Sequence record: SRR2962707_3147
DNA length: 59,480 nt
Strand: one strand, 5' to 3'
In this document: positions 51,101 to 59,480 of the stretch, piece after piece
How positions within the stretch are numbered: the first letter of the stretch is position 1
How the letters are laid out: each line of letters opens with the position of its first letter
Position numbers and translations under genes: made by a program
The notes under the pieces: generated by a model
Told to the model about the DNA's origin: nothing
The model's input: only the letters and a program-made list of their open reading frames with translations
The model's database searches: none

Positions 51101-52557
51101 TTGACGGCAAGATCGTGATCTTCAATGAGGCTGCGGAGAATGCCCTGGGCTACTCGGCCGAAGAGGTGCTCGGACAGCAAATGCCGGGAATATGGCACGA
51201 TCCCGAGCAGGTGGCAGAGCGGGCAAGGTCACTCTCGGCCGAAACGGGTGAAACCGTAGCTCATGACTTCAAGGCGCTCGTGAAGAAAGTTGACGAGTAC
51301 GGCATCGATGAAAATGAATGGAATTACATTCGCAAAGACGGCACACGCTTCCCGGTGGTGGCGACGGTGACGGCTTTGCGTGATGATACCAACCTGATCA
51401 CCGGCTATCTTGGCGTTGTCGTCGACATAACCAAGCAAAAGGAAATGGACCGCCTGAAGTCGGATTTTGTTTCCATCGTCAGTCATGAACTGCGAACCCC
51501 GCTGACCTCCATTCGCGGTGCGCTTGGCCTGATGGCAGGACCGATGGCAAAAGATCTGCCGGAAAAGGCCAACCGCCTGATCGACATCGCACACAAAAAC
51601 TCCGAGCGCCTCACCCTGCTGATCAATGACATACTCGACATCGACAAGATCGAGTCTGGTCAGATGCGCTTTGACATGAAGGAAGAGGACCTCGGCGGAA
51701 TGCTGACGCAAGCCGTTGAAGTCAATCAACCTTATGCGGAAAAGCTCGGAGTGGTTTTCCGCGCAACCGAGATTGAGCCTGAGTTGAAGGTGAACGTTGA
51801 TGCGGCCCGTTTGGCTCAGGTTCTGGCAAACCTTCTCTCCAATGCTGCAAAATTCTCCAACAGAGGCGACGAAGTCGAGATCTCGGCATCCAGAACAGGC
51901 AAGCGGGTTCGAATATCAGTCAAGGACTACGGCGCCGGAATTTCAGAGGATTTCCGGCCGGAGATTTTTGGAAAATTCTCTCAGGGTGATTCCTCCTCGA
52001 CACGGGTCAAGGGCGGCAGCGGTCTGGGGCTTCACATCAGCAAACAGATCGTCGAGAGAATGGGCGGTGAAATCGGATTTGAAACCGAATTGGACAAAGG
52101 CACGACCTTCTGGTTCGAACTGCCACTGCTGGTGGAGGGACATGTTGTCAGTGCTCTGGAGAAGGGTGATGTCCAGCGTACGCTCCTCCATTACAAGAGC
52201 AAGGAAGCTCCTACACTTCTGCATATCGAAGATGATGAGGACCTGAGTCGTGTTCTGGCAATGTCGCTGCAGGGCAGAATCGACGTGGTGCCCGCGAGCA
52301 GTTTGAAGGAGGCAGAAGACCTGCTTCGCAATCAGCACTTTGATCTGGTGGTGCTTGATATCCAGCTTCCGGACGGCTCTGGTCTTGATTTGCTCACAAG
52401 TCTTATCAACCAGATTGAGCCACCTGTTCCGGTGATGATCCTCTCGGCCAGCGAAGTCTCGGACGAGATAGAAAAAACGGTTGCCTCTGCTCTGGTGAAA
52501 TCCCGCGCATCCGAAGCTACAATCATCAGTAAGATTGAAAGCCTGGTTCTGGCATGA
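48190..52557 (+). CDS. Hybrid sensor histidine kinase MASE1-CHASE-(CHASE-like)-PAS-PAS-HisKA-HATPase-REC
   Basis: MASE1 WPPSGIA and WWTGD; CHASE IGLNI; SHELRTPLT; NLLSNAAKF; GSGLGL; C-terminal REC VVLDIQLPDGSG. Confidence 0.93.
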   Translation: MTQKGIGLVLARILLVAALYFVSGRLGLLLAVPPGYATVIWPPSGIALGALFIYGWRLWPGILLGSFLLNSYISGAYTPETGLDGARILTALAIASGSTLQGLIGFTLVRRAVGLPLSFDSKRQVLLVFVIAGPLACTVGASIGVWSLYTSGILPATKLTENWFTWWTGDVFGVVIFLPLLLLTPINKHKLTWRGTALGRLPVTALLILLIPLGLTFYAWKISSEANNSNGKILFESLATESKKALLSRINSYENALLGGVAYFQGSDKINRDEWRRYVGMLEVQKNFPGINGLGWITSLASSGVDRFLKAARADGAPNFEIRPENVEAGQYIITYIEPETTNRQAIGLNIAFEENRKQAADLSRETGKPAITKRIILVQDAEKTPGFLLLHPMYKEGFEPGSASDEWATFDGWIYAPFIAKNFMKELTRSQGNTINFRVYDGSQEDPDALIYDSRTVRVTDFAPAFTKREQIDVMQQKWLIVWESTPGFEQSSRNNNPVLVLAGGLLISFLLGLFLFVANIRRSETIENTLGLKALILPTTVFVILAVGSLALYRALTTTERDYLKALINNETNRISSIVAAEASGKISALERMAARLEFSKNLPSQAWHTDTANFIHDFRGLRVIGQVGPGNLMLETHQAAENERLIWVNAILDDTQADVAQAAIAADVPKLSSPITLTTGSSAFVAYFPLSLAGKSDGYLAAVFSVQEFFGSDVPSELLDRYRFEIAYQGQVLATSGNTSEPLETDWLLESKIQVLDKDWSILTIPTSEFLKSERTQLPNVALIAGFLISVLAAITAFMTLLSRLKTAHLEASNVRIREVATRNSTIMNTVLDCVITISSHGRIETINPAGLRLFGYAKGEVVGRNVKMLMPSPYHENHDDYLNNYLETGDRKVIGIGRQVVAMRKNGATFPIDLTVNEMNLDGKRMFVGTIRDTSEAVAAAQALRESNALQSAVLASTAFMIIASDIDGKIVIFNEAAENALGYSAEEVLGQQMPGIWHDPEQVAERARSLSAETGETVAHDFKALVKKVDEYGIDENEWNYIRKDGTRFPVVATVTALRDDTNLITGYLGVVVDITKQKEMDRLKSDFVSIVSHELRTPLTSIRGALGLMAGPMAKDLPEKANRLIDIAHKNSERLTLLINDILDIDKIESGQMRFDMKEEDLGGMLTQAVEVNQPYAEKLGVVFRATEIEPELKVNVDAARLAQVLANLLSNAAKFSNRGDEVEISASRTGKRVRISVKDYGAGISEDFRPEIFGKFSQGDSSSTRVKGGSGLGLHISKQIVERMGGEIGFETELDKGTTFWFELPLLVEGHVVSALEKGDVQRTLLHYKSKEAPTLLHIEDDEDLSRVLAMSLQGRIDVVPASSLKEAEDLLRNQHFDLVVLDIQLPDGSGLDLLTSLINQIEPPVPVMILSASEVSDEIEKTVASALVKSRASEATIISKIESLVLA

Positions 52558-52651
52558 GCAACTGGCGAACGAGACCGAAATGGCACGACCTATCAACGCC
52601 CCGCAAAAAAGGGACAGTTCAGGCCGATGAGCCGGAAGTTGGAAACCTCAC

Positions 52652-53038
52652 ATGACCGAGCCTCTCAAGATACTGTATGTAGATGATGAAGATGACATCC
52701 GGGAGATCGCGGTCATGTCGCTTGAGCTTGATCCCGAAATTGCGGTGAAAGCATGCAACTCGGGCTCCGGCGCGTTGACGGTCGCGCCCGAATGGCTGCC
52801 GGACCTGATATTGCTGGATGTCATGATGCCAGACATGGACGGACCGGAGACTTTGGAACGGCTTCGGCTTGACCCGAAAACGGCATCGATACCGGTGGTA
52901 TTTGCAACCGCACGCAGCCAACCCGAGGACCTCGAGCGGTTCATGAGCTTGGGCGCTGCGGGCGTTATTTCCAAACCCTTCGACCCGATGACACTGGCCG
53001 AGCAGGCGCGGGAGCTGTTTGCAAAAACAAGAAGTTGA
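52652..53038 (+). CDS. Single-domain response regulator (CheY-like)
   Basis: YVDDE, LLDVMMPDMDG and SKPF. Confidence 0.93.
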   Translation: MTEPLKILYVDDEDDIREIAVMSLELDPEIAVKACNSGSGALTVAPEWLPDLILLDVMMPDMDGPETLERLRLDPKTASIPVVFATARSQPEDLERFMSLGAAGVISKPFDPMTLAEQARELFAKTRS

Positions 53039-53090
53039 AAAGTCTCACAGATAGGCCGCTGCAAGCGGGTATTGGCAAACGGCTCCGATT

Positions 53091-53438
53091 TCAGTCGAGC
53101 GCGTTCAACTGCTCGATCAGTCCGTCCATCGCCTGGGTAAAATCAGCTTCGCTATAACCGGTTTCCCGCACGGTGTTTTCCAGCTTGAAGGCAGCTTCGC
53201 CCAAAGGCTGGAAGCCGAATATGCCCGATGTTCCGACAAGTGAATGTGCCAGGGTCATGAGGTCCGCATCTGCCGCCTGCACTTCACCGGCGGATTGTCT
53301 TTTGACCAGAAGCTCCCGGATTTGAACCAGATGCCCCTTTGACCGCTCGATAAAGAGAAGCCGCAGTTGCTCGATGCGATCACGGGCTGCTTCCGGCAGC
53401 TGGTCCAGCTTGCTTGCACTCATCATCTGATTGGCCAT
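53091..53438 (-). CDS. Stand-alone Hpt phosphotransfer protein
   Basis: AHSLVGTSGIFGF matches the HxLxGxS motif; helical, 115 aa. Confidence 0.85.
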   Translation of the reverse strand: MANQMMSASKLDQLPEAARDRIEQLRLLFIERSKGHLVQIRELLVKRQSAGEVQAADADLMTLAHSLVGTSGIFGFQPLGEAAFKLENTVRETGYSEADFTQAMDGLIEQLNALD

Positions 53439-53532
53439 CGGCTTGTCTTTCTCTTGTTTGCAGCGGACCGGGAACCTGGCTTATCGCCGCCGTTACCGGC
53501 CACTGCCGCCTCACTGAAGACGACTGCAGCGC

Positions 53533-54777
53533 CTATTCCTGAGCATCGCAGAATTCGATACCGATCTCATCGTTGACATGCCAGCATTTCCGGACCCGCC
53601 GCAGCGGACCGGAGGCGGTGATCTTGATCAGGAAATATTCGGGCAGGGCCATCTGTCTTTCGAGACGGACGCGGGCGCCGCCTTCGGAAAGGCTGCGCAC
53701 GGTGCAATTGATTTTGGATGACCACTCTTCCAGAGCGATATAGGCCGGCTTCAATGTCCGCATACGGTTTGAACGGCGCCGCTCTCTCGGATCGCCAGGA
53801 CCGGCGGCCGCAGGAAGTGTGCTCCAGTCCTCCGGACCGCTTTGAATTGCCAGTGCCTGCCGCTGGCGGCTCAGCTCAGTGGCAAGATACTGCTCCATAT
53901 GCGCAAGGTCTTCATGCTCGCTGGAAATCGCAGCGCCGATCAATGGCGAGATGCGCAGCTCCACCGATTTGAGGTGGTGCGAGAATGTCAGTTGTTCATT
54001 GAGCCGGGCCAGCCGCTCGTTGACGACCGGAATCGAAACATTGCGGTCCATGACGTAATGGAACGTGTCTTCATCATACCTGCCGCAAAAATCATCCGAT
54101 CTGATGTTCGTCCGGATTTTGGACGCGAAACTGCGGAGAATTTCATCCGCGTTGGCGACACCGAAATTGGTGGAGATTTTCCGGTACTCAGCCAGAGAGA
54201 TCGAGAAAACAACAAATTTGCTGCCCTGGTGCAGGGCCGTAGCCGATACCAGCGAGAGTTTCTTGTCGAGTTCAGCCCGGCTGTACATACCGGTGAGATC
54301 ATCGAACAGCGCCTTCTTGCGCAGTTCCGAAACCTCGTCATCGCGCGAGGCTTCCACCTCATGGCGAGCAATCGATTTCTTGATGGCGATGGTGATCTCG
54401 TCAATGCGCAGATTGCGCTTGGGCAAAAAGTCATAAAGGCCCATGCGAAATGCCTTGATCGCAGTTCGCTGAGATTCGTCGCCTGACAACATGATGACAG
54501 GCGACAGATTCTTGTAACGCAGTCTCAACTGCTCATGCAGCCGGAATCCGTTTTCGGATTCCAGGTTGTAGTCGAGCAGGATGCAGTCCGGCATCTCTTT
54601 GTCCAGAACCGTCGCGAGGCTGTCGCTGTCGCCGGCCTCCATGGTTCGCAGATGGGCCTGGCCGAGCAGCGCGGAGAGGTGCAACCGGTAGAGATTGTCG
54701 TCGTCTACAATACAGACAGAGCGTCCGTCCAGATTGATGCCGCTGCCGTCGGTCGCCTGTTCATAGGTAACACTCAT
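53533..54777 (-). CDS. REC-degenerate GGDEF-PilZ protein
   Basis: REC IVDDD and LLDYNL; DDLTGMYSR; RSDD I-site with RYDEDTF in place of R.GGDEF; PilZ RRSNR...SLSEGG. Confidence 0.85.
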   Translation of the reverse strand: MSVTYEQATDGSGINLDGRSVCIVDDDNLYRLHLSALLGQAHLRTMEAGDSDSLATVLDKEMPDCILLDYNLESENGFRLHEQLRLRYKNLSPVIMLSGDESQRTAIKAFRMGLYDFLPKRNLRIDEITIAIKKSIARHEVEASRDDEVSELRKKALFDDLTGMYSRAELDKKLSLVSATALHQGSKFVVFSISLAEYRKISTNFGVANADEILRSFASKIRTNIRSDDFCGRYDEDTFHYVMDRNVSIPVVNERLARLNEQLTFSHHLKSVELRISPLIGAAISSEHEDLAHMEQYLATELSRQRQALAIQSGPEDWSTLPAAAGPGDPRERRRSNRMRTLKPAYIALEEWSSKINCTVRSLSEGGARVRLERQMALPEYFLIKITASGPLRRVRKCWHVNDEIGIEFCDAQE

Positions 54778-54862
54778 TTGCTTGATCCAATCCACAGAAG
54801 AGAACCATCAGAAGCCGAAGCCTTGTGACCACCCTGGTGATCCGTGCGAGGTGTGGGCTCAT

Positions 54863-56218
54863 TCATGCCTTGTCTCCCGCACCGGCTTCGGGGGCTTTCG
54901 ACACGGGTGGTTCATTTTTGGCCAGCACCAGCTGATTGCGCCCCTTGTTCTTGGCCAGGTAGAGCGCCCGGTCGGCTTCCGCGAAAAGCTCGGCGGCGTT
55001 TTCGCACGTATCGCTGCCCGCGACGCCGATACTGATGGTCAGGGAAAACTTTTCCGGACGGCCGTCAAAGACGATCTCGGCGAAGTGTTTGCGAAACTTT
55101 TCCAGAACTTCGAAGACAGCCTCGGGAGAGGTATCTAGCAACAGCACCGCAAACTCTTCGCCACCATAGCGTCCGACAACATCGGTCTTTCGGACCCAGC
55201 CGACCAGTGTGCGTGCCAGGATCGACAGAACCTGGTCACCAACCGGGTGGCCCCAGGTATCATTGACCTTCTTGAAATGATCGACATCGATCATGGCGAC
55301 GCAAAATTGCAGATTTGTGCGGTTGACCCGAGCCATCTCGTGGCCGACGCGCTCGTTGAACCGGCGGTGATTGAGAAGGCCGGTCAAGCCGTCCCGTTCG
55401 ATCAAGGACCGCAATACACGTGCACGCTCGACGCGCAGGTTGATCAGCATCACCAGTGCATCAAGATCAGCGCGTTTGGAGATGAAATCGTCGCCGCCGA
55501 ACTGCCGCGCCTTCATCTGGATAACCTTGTTTTCTTCAGACGACAAAAACACGATCGGAATGGAAAGATGGCTCTGATGCTGGCGAATGATCTTCGCGAT
55601 CTCGATACCATCCGTGTTGGGCATCTGAAGATCCATGACAATAATGTCGAAGAACGTTCCATTGATCGTCTGGATGACCTTCAGAGGGTCATTGAGAACA
55701 TGCACAATCATGCCGTTGGCCCGCAGCATTTCAGCGTAGACCGCCGAAGCAAGCGGGTCGTCGTCAACCAGCAATATTGATGCGGGCTGTTCGCTCAACT
55801 GGCCACCCAGATGCTCCAGCCAATGAACCAGCTCTGCCTGATCAATCGGGTTGTTGATGATTGTGCTGACGTTGGACCGCGCACATTTGGCGCGAAACGA
55901 GAAACTGGTCTCGGATGAAACAAGGATTTTCGGGAGGGTCTCGCCGAGGTCTTCACAGATCGTCAGCGCATCGGGAATGGATCCGTCAATCAGAACAAGC
56001 GCGCCATCGTCGCCCTTGGCGACTGCGGCAGGCCCCTGCTTGCCGTCGACAGTTGTTGCGGTGTAGTTCAATGGCTGCATGACCCGCGAGACCTCGGCGA
56101 GGAATTTTCCTCCGCCAATGACGTGTACGGAAGGCCTCGAGAGACTGCTGAATATCGTTTCCACTTGCGCCGATTTGCTGGCCCGGGAAAGTTCGACTGG
56201 ATTTGAAATTTGAAACAT
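54863..56218 (-). CDS. Response-regulator diguanylate cyclase (pseudo-REC, REC, GGEEF)
   Basis: LVDDD and MDLQMP; DGLTGLLN; DVDHFKKVND; RKTD I-site; RYGGEEF. Confidence 0.92.
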   Translation of the reverse strand: MFQISNPVELSRASKSAQVETIFSSLSRPSVHVIGGGKFLAEVSRVMQPLNYTATTVDGKQGPAAVAKGDDGALVLIDGSIPDALTICEDLGETLPKILVSSETSFSFRAKCARSNVSTIINNPIDQAELVHWLEHLGGQLSEQPASILLVDDDPLASAVYAEMLRANGMIVHVLNDPLKVIQTINGTFFDIIVMDLQMPNTDGIEIAKIIRQHQSHLSIPIVFLSSEENKVIQMKARQFGGDDFISKRADLDALVMLINLRVERARVLRSLIERDGLTGLLNHRRFNERVGHEMARVNRTNLQFCVAMIDVDHFKKVNDTWGHPVGDQVLSILARTLVGWVRKTDVVGRYGGEEFAVLLLDTSPEAVFEVLEKFRKHFAEIVFDGRPEKFSLTISIGVAGSDTCENAAELFAEADRALYLAKNKGRNQLVLAKNEPPVSKAPEAGAGDKA

Positions 56219-56412
56219 TTTTGTCTTTCTTGATACTCGCGATTTGCGCGGATGTTTACTTTCCCGGCAAATCGAACTCTGAAAGTCTGTCTCTTGCAGC
56301 CAAGCTCCAGTCAGATTGCTGTTTCACTGCAGGACAACCGCCCGCAAAACTCACCAGACTGCCGATTCCAAACCCTTGGGTAGCCTAGCTTTTTATAAAT
56401 CACGCATATACA

Positions 56413-56427
56413 TTAATTGACTCTTAA
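56413..56427. promoter_or_regulatory. CtrA-type box containing a GANTC site
   Basis: TTAA-ttgactc-TTAA with GACTC at 56419-56423, in the AT-rich region between the divergent DGC and EAL genes. Confidence 0.6.
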
Positions 56428-56979
56428 ATGAGCACTACTGATTATCACGTGCGATTTTTGCAACCCATCAGTAAAGCTTTCGCCCTTACCCCTGCCGGAT
56501 CTTCCGTTTGCAGGACGTTGTAAACAAAATTTCGTTTCACAAAGATTGAGTATCGGCGAATATTTGAAGCTGAAACTTTTCAACATCAATCTTTTTGCAA
56601 CACAGCAGATATCTCTGCCGCCACTATCGCCAGCCATGCAAACTGATCCATGAAGATGGCTGCGCGTCTTCGAAAAAATGCATGTGCCTTATCAAATTGA
56701 CGCACCAATTCGAATGGAACACGAAACAAGCCACTGTTCCGAAATCTCTTCCAAGCGACCGTTTAACCGTTGGGGTGTCCCAAAATGAACGAAATGGCCA
56801 CTGGACAACCAGGAGCAGAAGGTTTTTGGGGCTGTTTGCAAGCAAAATTGGCGACAGACCTGTCAAATCTATCAAAATGCGAGCTCAATTCATTAATCCG
56901 GAAATTGTACTTTGGTTGAAGCGGAACCGGCTGCCTGCCTGATTCAGTGGAATGTAATAGTGTGAGATTACCTGACATC

Positions 56980-58362
56980 ATGCCAGACACTTCGCAGCCA
57001 TCCCTCGGCAACAAGCCATCACAACGACTGATGTTTGCTTATCAAGGCGCATCCCTGATTGTTGTTCTTTCAGGTCTCGGGTGGTTTTTTTACTTTGCTT
57101 CAGTGGACAACTGGCCACTTGCCTACACAGACCTGACCATGGTTGCTCTTGGAGGGCTGGGCTGGCTGCTGATCAGAAATCATCAGATCAACGCTGCACT
57201 GATCCTCTCGGAAGTCGCTTTCCTGATCTTTACCATTGGCTTCTGCCTGGTTTTCGATGTCCCGACCGAGGCCAATCCGCGGGTTTCCCACCTGTTTTTG
57301 CCAGCCATCGCGCTGCTTGCCTATTTCAATTACCTCCGTGAGAAATCGAACTTCCAGCTTTTTGTCATCGCGGCGTCGCTTCTAAGCTTCATCTTTTTCT
57401 CCAGCACAAAGACAGCGGTTCCCTTCGCGCAGAGCGTCCCCGACGAGGTCCGGTATCTGGGGATCTGGATCAACTCCACCCTGGCGACAGCAATGCTGTG
57501 TGGCGGTGTCTACGCAATCCATCGCGCGTCCACGGGGCAAACCGGGATATCGCGTGCATTGCGCACGGCTGTTCGCGACAACCAGATGGAATTGCATTTC
57601 CAGCCCCAACTCGACAATGCGCGACAGATCATAGGCGCTGAAGCCCTTTTGCGCTGGAAGCATCCGCAACGCGGTTACATTCCGCCGGACACATTCATTC
57701 CGATCGCCGAAGAGAATGGCTTGATGCCGCTGATCGGGGGCTGGGTTCTGAAAGAAGCTTGCCGAACATTGGCTGCATGGCAAGAGGACCCTGCTCTCAA
57801 CGGGCTTACTCTTGCGGTCAATGTCAGCGCAAACCAGTTTAACGTCGACGGCTTCGAGCAATCGGTTCTCGAAGCCGTCGAACTCTTCAACGTCGACCCG
57901 GCCAAGCTCAAACTGGAACTTACAGAGAGCGTCATCATTTCCGGCGTTGAACCGGTCGTCGCCAAGATGAATGTCCTGCGCGCCTCGGGTATTGAATTCG
58001 CACTTGATGATTTCGGTACGGGCTATTCCTCCCTGAGCTATCTGCGGCAGTTGCCGGTCAGCCAGCTGAAAATCGACCGCAGCTTCGTTCAGGAATCACT
58101 GGAAAGCCCGGGTGGCGCGTCGTTGATCAGAAGCATTGTCAGAATGGGGCTGGAGCTTGACCTTACGGTTCTCGCAGAAGGCATCGAGACCGCGCCCCAG
58201 CACCTGTTTCTGCTCGATTGTGGCTGCCACGAGTTCCAGGGCTACTATTTCGGACGTCCGGTTTCGGAAGAGGACTTCAAGACCCACGTCATGAAAGCCA
58301 TGGAAACCGCGTCTGGTCCGGTGCAACTATCTCCGGTGCGCAAATCGGTTGCCCGATCGTAG
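56980..58362 (+). CDS. Membrane-anchored EAL c-di-GMP phosphodiesterase
   Basis: About six N-terminal TM helices; EALLRW, VNVS, LELTES, DDFGTGYSS, KIDRSF, AEGIE and QGYYF. Confidence 0.92.
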   Translation: MPDTSQPSLGNKPSQRLMFAYQGASLIVVLSGLGWFFYFASVDNWPLAYTDLTMVALGGLGWLLIRNHQINAALILSEVAFLIFTIGFCLVFDVPTEANPRVSHLFLPAIALLAYFNYLREKSNFQLFVIAASLLSFIFFSSTKTAVPFAQSVPDEVRYLGIWINSTLATAMLCGGVYAIHRASTGQTGISRALRTAVRDNQMELHFQPQLDNARQIIGAEALLRWKHPQRGYIPPDTFIPIAEENGLMPLIGGWVLKEACRTLAAWQEDPALNGLTLAVNVSANQFNVDGFEQSVLEAVELFNVDPAKLKLELTESVIISGVEPVVAKMNVLRASGIEFALDDFGTGYSSLSYLRQLPVSQLKIDRSFVQESLESPGGASLIRSIVRMGLELDLTVLAEGIETAPQHLFLLDCGCHEFQGYYFGRPVSEEDFKTHVMKAMETASGPVQLSPVRKSVARS

Positions 58363-58405
58363 CAGGGCTTTCTGCCTTGCCCGCAATTGGAATCAATGTG
58401 GAACA

Positions 58406-58444
58406 GAAAAAGCAACGGCCCGCCCCGGTGAGGGCGAGCCATTG
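58406..58444 (-). terminator. Rho-independent terminator after the aldehyde dehydrogenase
   Basis: Minus strand caatggctcgccc-tcaccg-gggcgggccgttg forms a 13-bp stem with two G-U pairs, followed by cttttt. Confidence 0.75.
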
Positions 58445-58472
58445 GTCATTTCGGTGGCCTTGCAGAAGCCGG

Positions 58473-59480
58473 TTAGTTGACGTCGCTGTCCCAGCCGGAG
58501 ATGGCCTTGGCTTCGAGGAACTCCTCGATGCCCCAGACGCCGCCTTCGCGAGCCCGGCCGGATGCCTTGACGCCGCCGAACGGAGCGCCTGCGCCACGTG
58601 ACTTGCCGTTCATCTCGACCATGCCGGAGCGCAAACGCCGTGCCATGCGGTTACGCTTGGCGCCATCCTGGCTCTGAACGTAGTTGGTCAGGCCGTAGAT
58701 CGTGTCGTTGGCGATCTCGACTGCGTGCTCTTCATTGTCGAACGGAATGATCGACAGCACAGGTCCGAAGATTTCCTCGCGGGCGATGGTCATGTCGTTT
58801 GTCACGTCTGCAAAAATCGTCGGGCGGACAAAGTAACCACGGTTGAAGCCTTCGGGACGTCCGGTACCACCGGCGACGAGGCGCGCGCCTTCATCAATGC
58901 CCTTCTGGATCAGGCCCTGGATCTTGTCGTACTGCGCTGCGGAAACGACCGGACCGATGTGGTTGCCCTCATCGTGGGAGGAGCCGACCTTGGTCGAGGC
59001 GGCGACTTCGATGGCCTTGTCGACTGTCTGGTCATAGACCGAACGCTCTACCAGCATGCGGGTTGGCGCGTTGCAGCTCTGGCCGGTGTTGTTGAAGCAA
59101 TGGCGAACGCCACGCTCGACGGCCTTGGCATCGGCATCAGCAAAGATCACGTTGGCGCCCTTGCCTCCGAGTTCCAGGCAAACCCGCTTGAAGGTGTCGG
59201 CGGCAGCCTTGGAAATGGCAGCGCCAGCACGGGCCGAGCCGGTAAAGCTGATCATCTCGACGTCCGTATGGGTCGACAGATCGGTGCCGACACCGACGCC
59301 ATCGCCATTGACCATGTTGAACACGCCTGCCGGCACACCTGCGGCGTGGACAATCTCGGCAAAGACGATGGACGACAACGGCGCGACCTCAGACGGCTTG
59401 AGCACCATGGTGCAGCCCGCCAGCAGCGCCGGGATGACCTTCAGCGTCACCTGGTTCATCGGCCAGTTCCACGGCGTGAT
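58473..59480 (-). CDS. Aldehyde dehydrogenase (5' end outside the window)
   Basis: ITPWNWP at the window edge, KPSE, FTGS, LELGGK, catalytic GQSC and EEIFGP. Confidence 0.95.
   Translation of the reverse strand: MTPWNWPMNQVTLKVIPALLAGCTMVLKPSEVAPLSSIVFAEIVHAAGVPAGVFNMVNGDGVGVGTDLSTHTDVEMISFTGSARAGAAISKAAADTFKRVCLELGGKGANVIFADADAKAVERGVRHCFNNTGQSCNAPTRMLVERSVYDQTVDKAIEVAASTKVGSSHDEGNHIGPVVSAAQYDKIQGLIQKGIDEGARLVAGGTGRPEGFNRGYFVRPTIFADVTNDMTIAREEIFGPVLSIIPFDNEEHAVEIANDTIYGLTNYVQSQDGAKRNRMARRLRSGMVEMNGKSRGAGAPFGGVKASGRAREGGVWGIEEFLEAKAISGWDSDVN

Overview
This 59.5-kb window comes from a GC-rich alphaproteobacterium, probably Rhizobiales (inferred from gene content, RIME-like repeats and CtrA-type boxes). 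About 1-42.9 kb is one surface-polysaccharide and lipid locus. Its core is an rkpA/wcbR-type highly reducing type I PKS with no thioesterase, followed by an overlapping rkpG/wcbT-type PLP alpha-oxoamine synthase. Around them is a large lipid-tailoring set: a KDSR-like SDR, three His-box desaturases/hydroxylases, a P450, an LpxL-like acyltransferase, two PhyH dioxygenases and a B12 radical SAM enzyme. The locus also holds two KpsS paralogs, an OPX export lipoprotein, rmlACBD, two methyltransferases, glycosyltransferases, a KpsE-KpsT-KpsE-KpsM exporter and galE. After it come an RND pump with a divergent TetR, a phosphorelay/c-di-GMP cluster and a partial aldehyde dehydrogenase. The cluster comprises a hybrid kinase with a FixL-like PAS, a CheY-like protein, an Hpt, a REC-degenerate GGDEF-PilZ protein, a REC-GGEEF cyclase and an EAL protein, with two perfect TTAA-N7-TTAA boxes. 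The best candidate for a new system is a bacterial PKS-derived sphingoid-base pathway (fumonisin-like logic) coupled to capsule export. I saw no rRNA, tRNA, CRISPR array or transposase. All calls come from reading motifs by eye, with no database searches, and start codons are best guesses.
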